Positions 40,405 to 49,566 of a stretch of DNA of 64,000 bases are shown one piece after another. Each line of letters opens with the position of its first letter. Positions within the stretch are counted from its first letter, which is position 1. The translations under genes were made by a program, and so were the position numbers. The notes beneath the pieces are model-generated. The model had not been told where the DNA came from and ran no database searches. It worked only from the letters and a program-made list of their open reading frames with translations. Source of the stretch: a virus; IMG/VR virus record IMGVR_UViG_3300030331_006276; one strand, given 5' to 3'.

Positions 40405-41001
40405 TTAAATTTTAATATCAAGGTTTAGTTTATCAAGAGTACTCTTAATAGTTTCTAATCTTTCTTTAACAGAACCTTCCAAGTATACTACTCGAGGTCC
40501 TTTCTCAATAATACTATACTGCAAGTACATATCAAAAAGACCAATAATATCTTCTCTAAAATGCTTATCGATACTTCTTTCTCCATCATCTACTAACTCA
40601 ACATCATCAGGACTAGTATAAAAAATAACATCATACTCGTTCCTAAGCTTTCTATAGATAAGATCACATGCATCGTAAGTAGTTCTATTTATCTTTCCTT
40701 TATCTAAAAGATAATGACTATAAACTATACCGTCTAAAGCGCATCTATCTAATATTTTATTAACACTTCTTATTAAATTATCCGTTCTACCTTTATAGAT
40801 ATTACGAATATGCTCAGTCATAATTAACATCTGAGTCATATCATCCCCACCTTCATTAATAGGAACTTCGTATTCACGCTTTACTAATCTAGTTACTTCG
40901 GGAATAAATTCAAAAGAATGACTACCTAAATTTTTACACTTTAAATGCTCAAGTAAAGTAGTTTTACCCGTACTTTGAGCTCCAGTAAACGAAAAGATCA
41001 T
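40405..41001 (-). CDS. P-loop nucleotide/nucleoside kinase (AAA_28-like)
   Basis: FTGAQSTGKTT Walker A; ILDRCALDG; YDVIFY. Confidence 0.75.
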   Translation of the reverse strand: MIFSFTGAQSTGKTTLLEHLKCKNLGSHSFEFIPEVTRLVKREYEVPINEGGDDMTQMLIMTEHIRNIYKGRTDNLIRSVNKILDRCALDGIVYSHYLLDKGKINRTTYDACDLIYRKLRNEYDVIFYTSPDDVELVDDGERSIDKHFREDIIGLFDMYLQYSIIEKGPRVVYLEGSVKERLETIKSTLDKLNLDIKI

Positions 41002-41561
41002 ATAGTATTATATAAACGTTCCTTTAAAAAACTATACCAAGCATTTAATGATGTTTTTCTTAATGCATTGTACGTATCATCTAACGTTAAAATACTAGCA
41101 GTTGAAGTCTCACATACTGTCTCTACATTACCGGCATCTACTTCTTCTACAACTTTATGAACTACACTACCAACTTTATAGTACTTATGAAGATCGTCCC
41201 ACGCTCTTTTCTGCGGATCTTTTCCTTTTAGTTCTGGATACTTAGTAATAAGACCTGGATGACCATTATAGATATTATATCTTTCGCATTTATCTGGAGG
41301 GACTATTCTTAACCAACCATTAAGAGTTATAATAGTAGGTTCTATATCATCTACTACTTCGTCTAAAATATCTAAAGTTTTACTATCTTTACCAAAAGTA
41401 GTAAGCCATTTATATTCAACTCCTTTCAATATATTTTGAATTTTGCTAGGATGATTATTCGAAATAATTAAATCAGGTTTTCGTTGTATCTGTTCAGATA
41501 TATCTATGATCTCTTGACCAGTTTGAGAAAACAATGCTATCCATTTATTATATTTTTTCAT
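40998..41561 (-). CDS. PurN-like formyltransferase (candidate DpdN)
   Basis: ALFSQTG, LNGWLRIV, YNGHPGL (NxHP), GSVVHKVVEEVDAG (HxV..xDxG). Confidence 0.75.
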   Translation of the reverse strand: MKKYNKWIALFSQTGQEIIDISEQIQRKPDLIISNNHPSKIQNILKGVEYKWLTTFGKDSKTLDILDEVVDDIEPTIITLNGWLRIVPPDKCERYNIYNGHPGLITKYPELKGKDPQKRAWDDLHKYYKVGSVVHKVVEEVDAGNVETVCETSTASILTLDDTYNALRKTSLNAWYSFLKERLYNTI

Positions 41562-41562
41562 A

Positions 41563-41745
41563 TTATCTATTCTTAAATATCCATCTATCTACCCAGAAGA
41601 AAATATTAGCACCTACAAACTGAAAAGCAATAACACTAGTAGCAATACTCCAATTTAAATAGTCTTGAAAAAACCAAAGACAGGGATAGCAAATTATAAA
41701 ACCTAATTGCCATCTTATATTGTACTTAAGATATCTTTTTAGCAT
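41563..41745 (-). CDS. Small GtrA-like membrane protein
   Basis: Two hydrophobic segments; ends FFWVDRWIFK. Confidence 0.45.
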   Translation of the reverse strand: MLKRYLKYNIRWQLGFIICYPCLWFFQDYLNWSIATSVIAFQFVGANIFFWVDRWIFKNR

Positions 41746-42126
41746 CTATAGGTATTTTAACGCCGTAAAGTTAATAAGCAAGTGGATAGTATTATCACAT
41801 GCAACTAAAAGCCATAAGGATAACCATTGCGGGACGTCTTTATGATACCCCGTCTCTTTACAATCTTCCCATTTATGCCAATACTTTTTAGGAGCTAATC
41901 GACTCTTAGCAAAGACTACATAGCGCGCTAATCTAAACCGATCAATAAAAAAATGAGTAACGCATATAACTGCAAATGCTTCAGCAGAGGGACATAGAAT
42001 TAAAAACGGTAACGAGTAAGTAACAGCATGTGCTGCAGCGGCTTTACTGCATTTCGTTTTATTGAGGGCCATCCAGTCGCTTTGAAGAAGATAGTCACCA
42101 ATTAGATGTAATATCAATTGGAGCAT
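41746..42126 (-). CDS. DUF3307-like membrane protein
   Basis: HLIGDYLLQSDWMALNK...HAVTY...THFFIDR...DNTIH. Confidence 0.7.
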   Translation of the reverse strand: MLQLILHLIGDYLLQSDWMALNKTKCSKAAAAHAVTYSLPFLILCPSAEAFAVICVTHFFIDRFRLARYVVFAKSRLAPKKYWHKWEDCKETGYHKDVPQWLSLWLLVACDNTIHLLINFTALKYL

Positions 42127-42135
42127 TTATTTATT

Positions 42136-42163
42136 ATTTTATACTCATACATCTAATTTTCAA
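42136..42163 (-). promoter_or_regulatory. Sigma70-like promoter for the DUF3307-to-queF-to-GT2 gene run
   Basis: TTGAAA (42163-58), 16 nt, TAAAAT (42141-36). Confidence 0.5.
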
Positions 42164-42183
42164 GGTCTTTATTAAATAATTTT

Positions 42184-42465
42184 GTGGATGATTTTTTTAA
42201 ATTAGTTACCGAGGTAGGCTTTCCAATAGCTGGCGCTGTTGTATGTGGAACTTTTGTATTTATTATTCTTAAATTTATACTTAGTGAGATAACAAGCTCA
42301 GTTAAAGGCCTTGGTGGAATGATAAAATCATTAGAAAATAGAGTACAAACTATGAATAATGATATAGTTAAAATAGATACATTAGTTTCTTATGCTTTTA
42401 ATAAACACCCTAATTTAGATAGATTAGCTGCAAATGAAGGAAAGGAGGACGCAAGGAAAGACTAA
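42184..42465 (+). CDS. Small membrane protein A (GFP-TM-coiled coil)
   Basis: EVGFPIAGAVVCGTFVFIIL TM followed by MNNDIVKIDT coiled coil. TAAATA 5 nt before the GTG. Confidence 0.7.
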   Translation: MDDFFKLVTEVGFPIAGAVVCGTFVFIILKFILSEITSSVKGLGGMIKSLENRVQTMNNDIVKIDTLVSYAFNKHPNLDRLAANEGKEDARKD

Positions 42466-42752
42466 TGACAGAAACAATAGTAAAACTTATAAATGATTTT
42501 GGATTTCCAATATTCGCTGCTTTTGGTTTAGGTTATTTCGTTTATTATACATGGAATTGGGTAGTAAAAGAAATTAAACCTGTATTAGAAGAATCTACTG
42601 GAACACTTATAGGCTTAATAGATAGGATAAGAATGTTAGATAATGATATGATTAGACTTAATACAAAAATACAGATGATTCTCCAGGAAAAAGAGCAAAT
42701 AGAAAAAGAAAATTTAAAAAGAAATAGACGTATTTTGGATACAAAGCTCTAG
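42465..42752 (+). CDS. Small membrane protein B, paralog of A
   Basis: DFGFPIFAAFGLGYFVYY TM followed by LDNDMIRLNT. ATG overlaps the upstream stop. Confidence 0.7.
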   Translation: MTETIVKLINDFGFPIFAAFGLGYFVYYTWNWVVKEIKPVLEESTGTLIGLIDRIRMLDNDMIRLNTKIQMILQEKEQIEKENLKRNRRILDTKL

Positions 42753-42782
42753 CAATATATATTAATGTAGGTAAATAGTGTT

Positions 42783-43256
42783 ATGAAATATATTTTATTG
42801 TTATTTCTTTTTTGTAGCAGCGCTTTAGCTGATCAATTAACGTTTAAGTTTAAGTCACCTTCGTTTAATGGTATCGGCTATAGCTCGCATAAAATTAATT
42901 TAGAGAATATTTCAGCTGCTAGAAAAAAGACTATAAAAGATGAAATTCGGTCATTACAGATTCAAGCTAATCTAGCTGCACAAAGAACTCCTTTGAATGT
43001 TTTTATGACTAATCTTCAGTCACGAATTTATTCAGAGCTTTCTAAGCAAGTTACTGAGCAGTTATTTGCTGATACGGGTTCAGATTCTGGTTCATTTGAT
43101 TTAGATGGGAATACTATTTCATGGTATAGAATTTCAAATCAAATTAATTTAACCGTTACAGATACTGACGGTGACATTACTGAAATTTTGATTCCAATAG
43201 GATCGCTCTTACTGCCAGAGCCTACAACTAATGAAGAAACTACTACTACTGACTAG
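42783..43256 (+). CDS. csgF: Curli assembly CsgF-like protein
   Basis: Signal peptide, then LTFKFKSPSFNG...LQSRIYSELS...GSFDLDGNTI. Adjacent to csgG. Confidence 0.7.
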   Translation: MKYILLLFLFCSSALADQLTFKFKSPSFNGIGYSSHKINLENISAARKKTIKDEIRSLQIQANLAAQRTPLNVFMTNLQSRIYSELSKQVTEQLFADTGSDSGSFDLDGNTISWYRISNQINLTVTDTDGDITEILIPIGSLLLPEPTTNEETTTTD

Positions 43257-44028
43257 CTTAAGCTTATTGCTTTTAGGTGGTTGTAGTACTTTTCAAAATG
43301 GTCCAGATCAGCTTCCTATAGTAGCGCCTACTCCTCTTAATATAGAGCTAAATGAATTACCTATATTAGATGGTGATCCTATATATGTTGGAGTATCAGA
43401 TTTTAAAGACCTTACTGGTCAACGTAAACAATCAGATAATTACGCGAGTTTTTCTTCTGCTGTTACTCAAGGAGCAGAAGCATGGTTAATTGAATCTTTA
43501 TTAGAAACTGGTGATTGGTTTAAAGTTTTAGAGAGAGGTCAACTTGATAGTATTATGCGTGAACGCGCAGTAGTACAACAAACTAGAGAAGATTTTACTG
43601 ATGATGATGAAACGGGACTTAAACCTATGCTTTTCGCTGGGCTACTTATTCATGGTGGTATTATTGGATACGATACTAACTATGTTACTGGTGGTGTTGG
43701 AGCTTCATATTTAGGATTAGGAGCAGCTGAACAACATAGAAAAGATGTAGTAACTGTTTCTATAAGATTTGTTAGTACTTTAACAAGTGAAATTTTATTA
43801 TCTTCAACAGTATCTAAAACTATATATTCTACTTCATTAGGTAGCGATGTATTTAAATATGTTAAAAATGATATTAATCCGCTTGAAATAGAGTATGGAT
43901 TTGCAAAAAATGAAATGGTCTCAGTAGCTACTAGAGCAGCTATAGATTTAGCTATTATTAATTTAATTAATAAAGGCGAAGAAAAGGGTATGTGGAAATT
44001 TATAAATACCCCAGCAGAAGATAATTAA
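43231..44028 (+). CDS. csgG: Curli secretion channel CsgG-like lipoprotein
   Basis: Lipobox LGGC; FKDLTGQRK...SSAVTQGAEAWL...WFKVLER...ERAVV...GGIIGYDTN...DVVTVSIR. Confidence 0.88.
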   Translation: MKKLLLLTSLSLLLLGGCSTFQNGPDQLPIVAPTPLNIELNELPILDGDPIYVGVSDFKDLTGQRKQSDNYASFSSAVTQGAEAWLIESLLETGDWFKVLERGQLDSIMRERAVVQQTREDFTDDDETGLKPMLFAGLLIHGGIIGYDTNYVTGGVGASYLGLGAAEQHRKDVVTVSIRFVSTLTSEILLSSTVSKTIYSTSLGSDVFKYVKNDINPLEIEYGFAKNEMVSVATRAAIDLAIINLINKGEEKGMWKFINTPAEDN

Positions 44029-44055
44029 ATTACTGTTTTTTTAATAAATACTTTT

Positions 44056-44835
44056 ATGAAAACAAAAGTATTCCTTTTTAGTATACTTGCTTCAGCAGGC
44101 TTAACTCTGGGTAGTAATGAAATCTATTTAGATCAAGTTGGAAGTGCAGGTATTTTTAATATATCGCAAATTGGTTCTTCTAATAAATTAGGTGAAGGAA
44201 CTAATAGATCACGAATTGAAGGTGAAGAAGTTGTATTTAATGTTGCAACTATTGGTAATCAAAACTTAGTAGATATTGATTCTATTGGTAATGAAGAAGA
44301 AGTAAATCTTCAAGTTGAAGGTGATGCTAATGAATTTGTATTAGCTTTAGAAGGAGATCAAAATACTGTAAATGCTTTTGTAGCTGGTGATTCTAATAAT
44401 GTATTGATTGCTGGTAATCAAGAAGATACACAAAAAGCTACTGTTAATAATGGATTAATTAATTTAAATGTTGAAGGATCTACAAATGATGTTGAGTTGC
44501 TTTTATTTGATACTTCATATACCTTTACTGATTATTTTATAGGTGGTTCTTTAAATACTATTAGCTCATATCAAGAAGGTCACGGAGGTCTAATTGGTCA
44601 CTCTCAATTAGTTGATGTTTTCGGAAGTAGTAATAATTTATTAGTATCGCAAGTAGGTTCCGAAAGTCAATTCTTAGAACTTTCAATCTTAGGTAATGAA
44701 AACAATTATCAAATATTCCAAACTGATGGAGCGTTTGACCCAACATTTATGCCTGAGCAAACTGGCAACTCTGTTACTCCTGTTAATGAGTTCTCTAATC
44801 CAGATGGTCCCCCTCAGGGCAACGTTAATCCTTAG
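44056..44835 (+). CDS. Curlin-like secreted repeat protein
   Basis: Signal peptide, NEIYLDQVGS, and repeated xGxxNxxxxxxx units (GNQN, GDAN, GDQN, GDSN, GSTN, GSLN, GSSN, GNEN). TAAATA 5 nt before the ATG. Confidence 0.65.
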   Translation: MKTKVFLFSILASAGLTLGSNEIYLDQVGSAGIFNISQIGSSNKLGEGTNRSRIEGEEVVFNVATIGNQNLVDIDSIGNEEEVNLQVEGDANEFVLALEGDQNTVNAFVAGDSNNVLIAGNQEDTQKATVNNGLINLNVEGSTNDVELLLFDTSYTFTDYFIGGSLNTISSYQEGHGGLIGHSQLVDVFGSSNNLLVSQVGSESQFLELSILGNENNYQIFQTDGAFDPTFMPEQTGNSVTPVNEFSNPDGPPQGNVNP

Positions 44836-45724
44836 TATACTTTGTTTATTTGTTAGTACTAGTTTAGCTAAAGTTGGTAACGTAACTGCTCAAACAAGAG
44901 CAGCTCAGATCACCCGTAAAGGTGATAAGATTTTAACGGAAGTTGATACTCCTGTTGAAATGCGCGATCTTATACAGACGTTAAAAGGTAGAACTGATAT
45001 TAAATTTGTAGACGATACTAAGGTAAGTGTTACTGAATACTCTAAGCTTATTATAGATGAGTTTGTTTATAATCCGGAAAAGAAAACTGGTAAATTATCT
45101 CTTAAGGCTGCTTTAGGTACTATAAGATATTCTTCAGGTAAAATAGCTAGAAACTCTGGACAAAATGTAAAGATAAAATCTCCTACTGCATCAGTTTCGG
45201 TTAGAGGTACAGATTTTACTATGAATGTTCAAGAAGATGGAGCAAGTAGTTTTATACTTTTACCATCAGTAGATGACTCTGGTAAAAGTTATGTAGGTTC
45301 AATTGATGTATCTACTCTGGGAGGCAAGGTTACTTTAAATCAAGCTTATCAAGCTACTACAGTAACTACTGCTATTGCTCCTCCTACTCCACCTCAAATT
45401 ATAAAACAAGACGGACCAGGAGAGCCTAAGAAAAAAGATAATGTTGATAACGAAAATAACGCAGTAGAAAATGAAAATGAAGATAAAGAAAAAGATGATT
45501 TTGACGATATAAAAATTAAAAGAAAAGAAAAACAAATAATGAATACGTTTTTAAAAATGGAAGATGGTAGATATGTTTTCTTCTCTAAAGATAAAGATAA
45601 TATGATATCATTAATTGTTGAAGATGGTAGTAATGTTACTGTTAATTATGATAATAAAGGTAGTGTTATAAACGCTAAGTTTAATTCTGGTAACAACGTT
45701 CAATTTAATATAAAACAGCAATGA
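44804..45724 (+). CDS. FecR-domain protein
   Basis: IKFVDDTKVSV...IDEFVYNP...SPTASVSVRGTDF. Likely start MVPLR (44804) gives a signal/TM segment; track start is 44696. Confidence 0.8.
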   Translation: MVPLRATLILSILCLFVSTSLAKVGNVTAQTRAAQITRKGDKILTEVDTPVEMRDLIQTLKGRTDIKFVDDTKVSVTEYSKLIIDEFVYNPEKKTGKLSLKAALGTIRYSSGKIARNSGQNVKIKSPTASVSVRGTDFTMNVQEDGASSFILLPSVDDSGKSYVGSIDVSTLGGKVTLNQAYQATTVTTAIAPPTPPQIIKQDGPGEPKKKDNVDNENNAVENENEDKEKDDFDDIKIKRKEKQIMNTFLKMEDGRYVFFSKDKDNMISLIVEDGSNVTVNYDNKGSVINAKFNSGNNVQFNIKQQ

Positions 45725-47778
45725 AATTTTTTAATATTAACAACTATGCTATATGCTTAGTTATAACAGTACTTTTAGCTTGTATAAGAATTCTTGATCC
45801 GTTTTTTATAGAAACTGCAAGACTAAAAGGTTTAGATTATTATCAAAATAAACAAGATAAAGTAAAATCTGAAAATATAGCTATTATAGAAATAGACGAA
45901 GATAGTTTAGATGAATATGGACAATGGCCTTGGAAACGAGATTTAATAGCTCAAGGTATTATAAAAGCTTATGAAAGTGGAGCTCAATTAGTTGTAGTGC
46001 CTATATTATTTGCAGAAAAAGATAGACTAGGCGGTGATCAAGAGCTTATAGACTTGCTTGCTGAAGCTCCGGTGATTATAGGTCAATCAGCAAGTACTAA
46101 AGGTAAAGGTGAACCTGTACCTAGAGGGTTAGCTACCATAGGTGAAAGTTTAGATGGTTGGTTGTATGACTATCCAGAAGCAATTGGCCCTGTAAAAGAA
46201 CTCGGTGAAGTAGCCGCGGGAGTAGGAATGATATTAACAGCTCCTGAACTCGATGGAGTAGTTAGAAGAATGCCTTTAGTTATTCAAATTAAAGGAGAAG
46301 CTTATCCAACTATACCTTTAGAAGTTATAAGGTTATTTGCTGGTGAACAGTCTTATCAAGCTAAGGTAAATTTAGCAGGGGTAGAAGCTATAAGAGTACC
46401 AGGTTTTGATCCTATAGTAACTGATGAAAACTCTAGAGTATGGATTAATTTTAAATATGAATTTGACAAAGTTTCATTTAAAGATGCTGATTGGTCAGCT
46501 GTGCAAGATAAGATAGCTATAATAGGTTTAACAGGAGAGGGTTTAGCAAATACTATAGCTACTTCTACAGGTATAAGTTATGGACATGAAGTTAATAGTC
46601 ATGCTTTACAAATGATTATAGATGAATCACGATTAGTTAGACCTGCTGAAGCTAAATTATTTGAAGTTGTAATTACTGCTGCTTTTTGCTCTCTTCTTAT
46701 ATTGGGAGCACTATTTTTATCATATAAATTTAGCTTTATAATTATAGTTCTTTCTTTAGCTGCTGGTCCTATAGCAGGAAATATTTTATTTGATAAACAT
46801 GGATGGTTAATCGATTATACTTGGCCTTTTGCTTGTATTTTTATAGTATGGTCATGCGCTACTTTTCTTCGTTATATAGCTGAAAGTAAAAGTAAAAAAT
46901 TGATTAAAAAGCAATTTGAACATTATCTTGCTCCTCCTATAGTAAAGCTTCTACAAAAAGATCCTTCGCAACTTAAACTAGGAGGCGATACTAGAGAGCT
47001 TTCTATACTCTTTAGTGATCTAAGAGGATTCACTACTATTAGTGAACATTTTAAATCTAATCCGCAAGGTTTAACTGAGTTAGTTAATAGATATTTAACA
47101 CCCATGACCGGTTGTGTAATCGACTATCAAGGTACAGTAGATAAATTTATTGGAGATGCTTTAATGGCTTTTTGGAACGCGCCTTTAGATATAAAGGATC
47201 ATAGAATTCATTCTATTCGATGTGGATTAAAAATGTTTGATCTATTAGCTGAACTTAATCGTGAAGTAATGAATGAAGGTATTAGCGAGCTAAAAATTGG
47301 AGTAGGTATTAATACAGGTGATGTTGTAGTTGGTAATATGGGTTCAGAGCAAAGATTTGATTATACTTGTTTAGGTGATGCAGTTAATTTATCATCTAGA
47401 TTAGAAGGCCAAACTAAAGAGTATAGAGTAGGTTTAATAGTAGGTGAAAATACTACATTAGGAATTACTTCTGTTTTTAATTTTGTTGAATTAGATAAAA
47501 TAGCAGTTAAAGGTAAAAAAGAAGGTATAAAAATATTTACAGTACTAAATGATACGGGATTAGCAGCTCATGGAGGCAATCCAAAAAAGCATAATATGTT
47601 TTTAGAATTATATAGATCACGTAAATGGAAATTAGCTTTAGAAAAAGCTAATGAAAATAAAAAAACTTATCCTGAATTAGTAGACTATTATGATATGATG
47701 ATTGAAAGGATAGAGCATCTTAAATTAGATGACCCTGGCAAAGATTGGGATACAATCTTTAGAGCTACTTCGAAATGA
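45721..47778 (+). CDS. CHASE2-domain class III adenylyl cyclase
   Basis: IIEIDEDSL..YGQWPWKR (CHASE2); three TMs; FSDLRGFT, VDKFIGDALMAFW, GINTG, RFDYTCLGDAVNLSSRLE. Confidence 0.92.
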   Translation: MKFFNINNYAICLVITVLLACIRILDPFFIETARLKGLDYYQNKQDKVKSENIAIIEIDEDSLDEYGQWPWKRDLIAQGIIKAYESGAQLVVVPILFAEKDRLGGDQELIDLLAEAPVIIGQSASTKGKGEPVPRGLATIGESLDGWLYDYPEAIGPVKELGEVAAGVGMILTAPELDGVVRRMPLVIQIKGEAYPTIPLEVIRLFAGEQSYQAKVNLAGVEAIRVPGFDPIVTDENSRVWINFKYEFDKVSFKDADWSAVQDKIAIIGLTGEGLANTIATSTGISYGHEVNSHALQMIIDESRLVRPAEAKLFEVVITAAFCSLLILGALFLSYKFSFIIIVLSLAAGPIAGNILFDKHGWLIDYTWPFACIFIVWSCATFLRYIAESKSKKLIKKQFEHYLAPPIVKLLQKDPSQLKLGGDTRELSILFSDLRGFTTISEHFKSNPQGLTELVNRYLTPMTGCVIDYQGTVDKFIGDALMAFWNAPLDIKDHRIHSIRCGLKMFDLLAELNREVMNEGISELKIGVGINTGDVVVGNMGSEQRFDYTCLGDAVNLSSRLEGQTKEYRVGLIVGENTTLGITSVFNFVELDKIAVKGKKEGIKIFTVLNDTGLAAHGGNPKKHNMFLELYRSRKWKLALEKANENKKTYPELVDYYDMMIERIEHLKLDDPGKDWDTIFRATSK

Positions 47779-47935
47779 TAAAGGAACAAATAGCCCATGC
47801 AGGACCTACTGTTAAAAATGTTCCAAGTATCCAAAAACCTAAGTATAACAAAAACCTCTTTAATGTACTATTTACTAAAGGAAAAAATTCCCTATCATTA
47901 GCTTTAGTAATAATCATTTGCTGATTATCTTTCAC
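47765..47935 (-). CDS. Small membrane peptide, absent from the ORF track
   Basis: Hand translation VKDNQQMIITKANDREFFPLVNSTLKRFLLYLGFWILGTFLTVGPAWAICSFIISK* (56 aa); starts 8 nt after the dpdA-like stop. Confidence 0.45.
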   Translation of the reverse strand: MKDNQQMIITKANDREFFPLVNSTLKRFLLYLGFWILGTFLTVGPAWAICSFIISK

Positions 47936-47943
47936 TAATTTAT

Positions 47944-48756
47944 TTAATCTAAAAGAAGCTTTTTAAACTCAGAAGTATTATATAGAATATCTGCTCGCTG
48001 CTCTGCAGTAGCTTCAACTTTAATAAGATCAGCTAATAACACAGAAGGTTTATCTACTAAGCCAATACCTTTAAGATATCGTTCCCCAACAATACCAGCA
48101 ACTACAGGGTTAGAAGTATCTAAAGATCTTATACCTTTAATCCATTTATAATCTTTAAACTCACATGCTAGAGAACAACCAAGTAAATGATGAGGCTTAT
48201 TATAATTCCATACACCATCTTCAGTAAGCATTTTAATAAGACGCCTTCTACCTTTATATTGCCTATGTAATATTTGTTGTTTATAACTATAACGAGATCC
48301 AGAAACTAAAGAAGCAACTCCTTGATACCATGAATAGTCAAAAGAGATAGCAATATAATCAGCATTTTCATTCATATACTTATAACAATCAACTATTTCT
48401 TGATAGGTAGTACCTTGTACAACACCTATTTTTAAACCAGGTAGATCAGGATAGTTAAGACAAAACTTATGAAAAGAAGATATGGTAGCTTGACTATCTT
48501 CTAATACATCAGGCACTACATAATAAGTAGGTTTAAGCTCTTCAACATACTCAGCAAATTTTTTAGAATCGAAGGCCTTTCCAAGCTCAAAGATAGAGTT
48601 ATCAAGCAATACCTCTCTACCAAGAGTTAAAGAAACTTTAAAGAAGTTGTAATACTCAGGATATTTTTCAAATAGATGAACTAAAGCATAATCATAATCG
48701 TTATAATTACGCGATTCATCTAACATCGAAATAGGAGATTCATGACTTACTAGCAT
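47944..48756 (-). CDS. TGT-fold protein, DpdA (DpdA3)-like
   Basis: LLDNSIFE, VPDVLED, GVVQG, HHLLG and RSLDTS parallel the TGT D-S-G, VQG, H-x-LG and D-S/T motifs. Confidence 0.6.
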   Translation of the reverse strand: MLVSHESPISMLDESRNYNDYDYALVHLFEKYPEYYNFFKVSLTLGREVLLDNSIFELGKAFDSKKFAEYVEELKPTYYVVPDVLEDSQATISSFHKFCLNYPDLPGLKIGVVQGTTYQEIVDCYKYMNENADYIAISFDYSWYQGVASLVSGSRYSYKQQILHRQYKGRRRLIKMLTEDGVWNYNKPHHLLGCSLACEFKDYKWIKGIRSLDTSNPVVAGIVGERYLKGIGLVDKPSVLLADLIKVEATAEQRADILYNTSEFKKLLLD

Positions 48757-48761
48757 ACCTT

Positions 48762-48789
48762 ATTATAGGTACTTGAGTTAAAGATTCAA
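48762..48789 (-). promoter_or_regulatory. Sigma70-like promoter for the dpdA-like gene
   Basis: TTGAAT (48789-84), 16 nt, TATAAT (48767-62); ATG 5 nt later. Confidence 0.55.
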
Positions 48790-48804
48790 CGATTAAATAT
48801 ATTT

Positions 48805-49566
48805 GTGAGTGGTTTTGTAAGAGGCTCTAATTTAGGAAATGAATATAAAAGAGATGAGCAATCTTTTTTTAAAGGCATTGTTGTAAAAAATAGTGATCCA
48901 GAGCAACTACTCCGTGTTAAGGTCTATATTCCTGAAGTATCTAATCAACCTTTAGAAAATTGGTTAAAAGCATACGAGGATAGCAGTATTAATATTCGTT
49001 TTCCTGGGACAAATATTCCAGGATCTAGTTGGTCAGATACTAAAATTTTTGAAGACATATCAAAATTCTTACCTTGGGCTGAACCTGTTCTTCCAATTTT
49101 AGGGGAGAGTGGTCCTATGCGTTATAACGGTCCATCTGAATTAGGTATAAATTCTGAGACAAATTATAAAGAAGGGTGGCAAACTAATGATGAAACACCA
49201 CCTACAATAGAAGAAGGGTCGTTTGCACCAGCATATGCTTATGAAAATCTTGAAACAAATATAGGCGATGCATATACAAATCCAACAGACAATTTTACAG
49301 TAAATAATAATCCCTATGGTCAAGACTTTCAACCAATTAACTATACTAATGCACCAGCTGGTAATTATAGTATACCGAGAGTTGGAGCACATGTATGGGT
49401 ATTTCACTATAGAGGTAATTTAAATTTTCCAGTATATTTTGGTGGAAGAGTAAGTTATAGAGATACTGGACCAATCTTTGCTGATGGACCAGCTCCGGAA
49501 GGAGGGGGACCTGCTCCAAGTCAAGACTATCCAGATGAATTTGAAAATAAACCAGCAGTATCTTAA
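48805..49566 (+). CDS. Baseplate spike gp5/VgrG-type OB-fold protein
   Basis: FKGIVVKNSDPEQLLRVKVYIP...PWAEP...IPRVGAHVWVF...PVYFGG. Confidence 0.75.
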   Translation: MSGFVRGSNLGNEYKRDEQSFFKGIVVKNSDPEQLLRVKVYIPEVSNQPLENWLKAYEDSSINIRFPGTNIPGSSWSDTKIFEDISKFLPWAEPVLPILGESGPMRYNGPSELGINSETNYKEGWQTNDETPPTIEEGSFAPAYAYENLETNIGDAYTNPTDNFTVNNNPYGQDFQPINYTNAPAGNYSIPRVGAHVWVFHYRGNLNFPVYFGGRVSYRDTGPIFADGPAPEGGGPAPSQDYPDEFENKPAVS

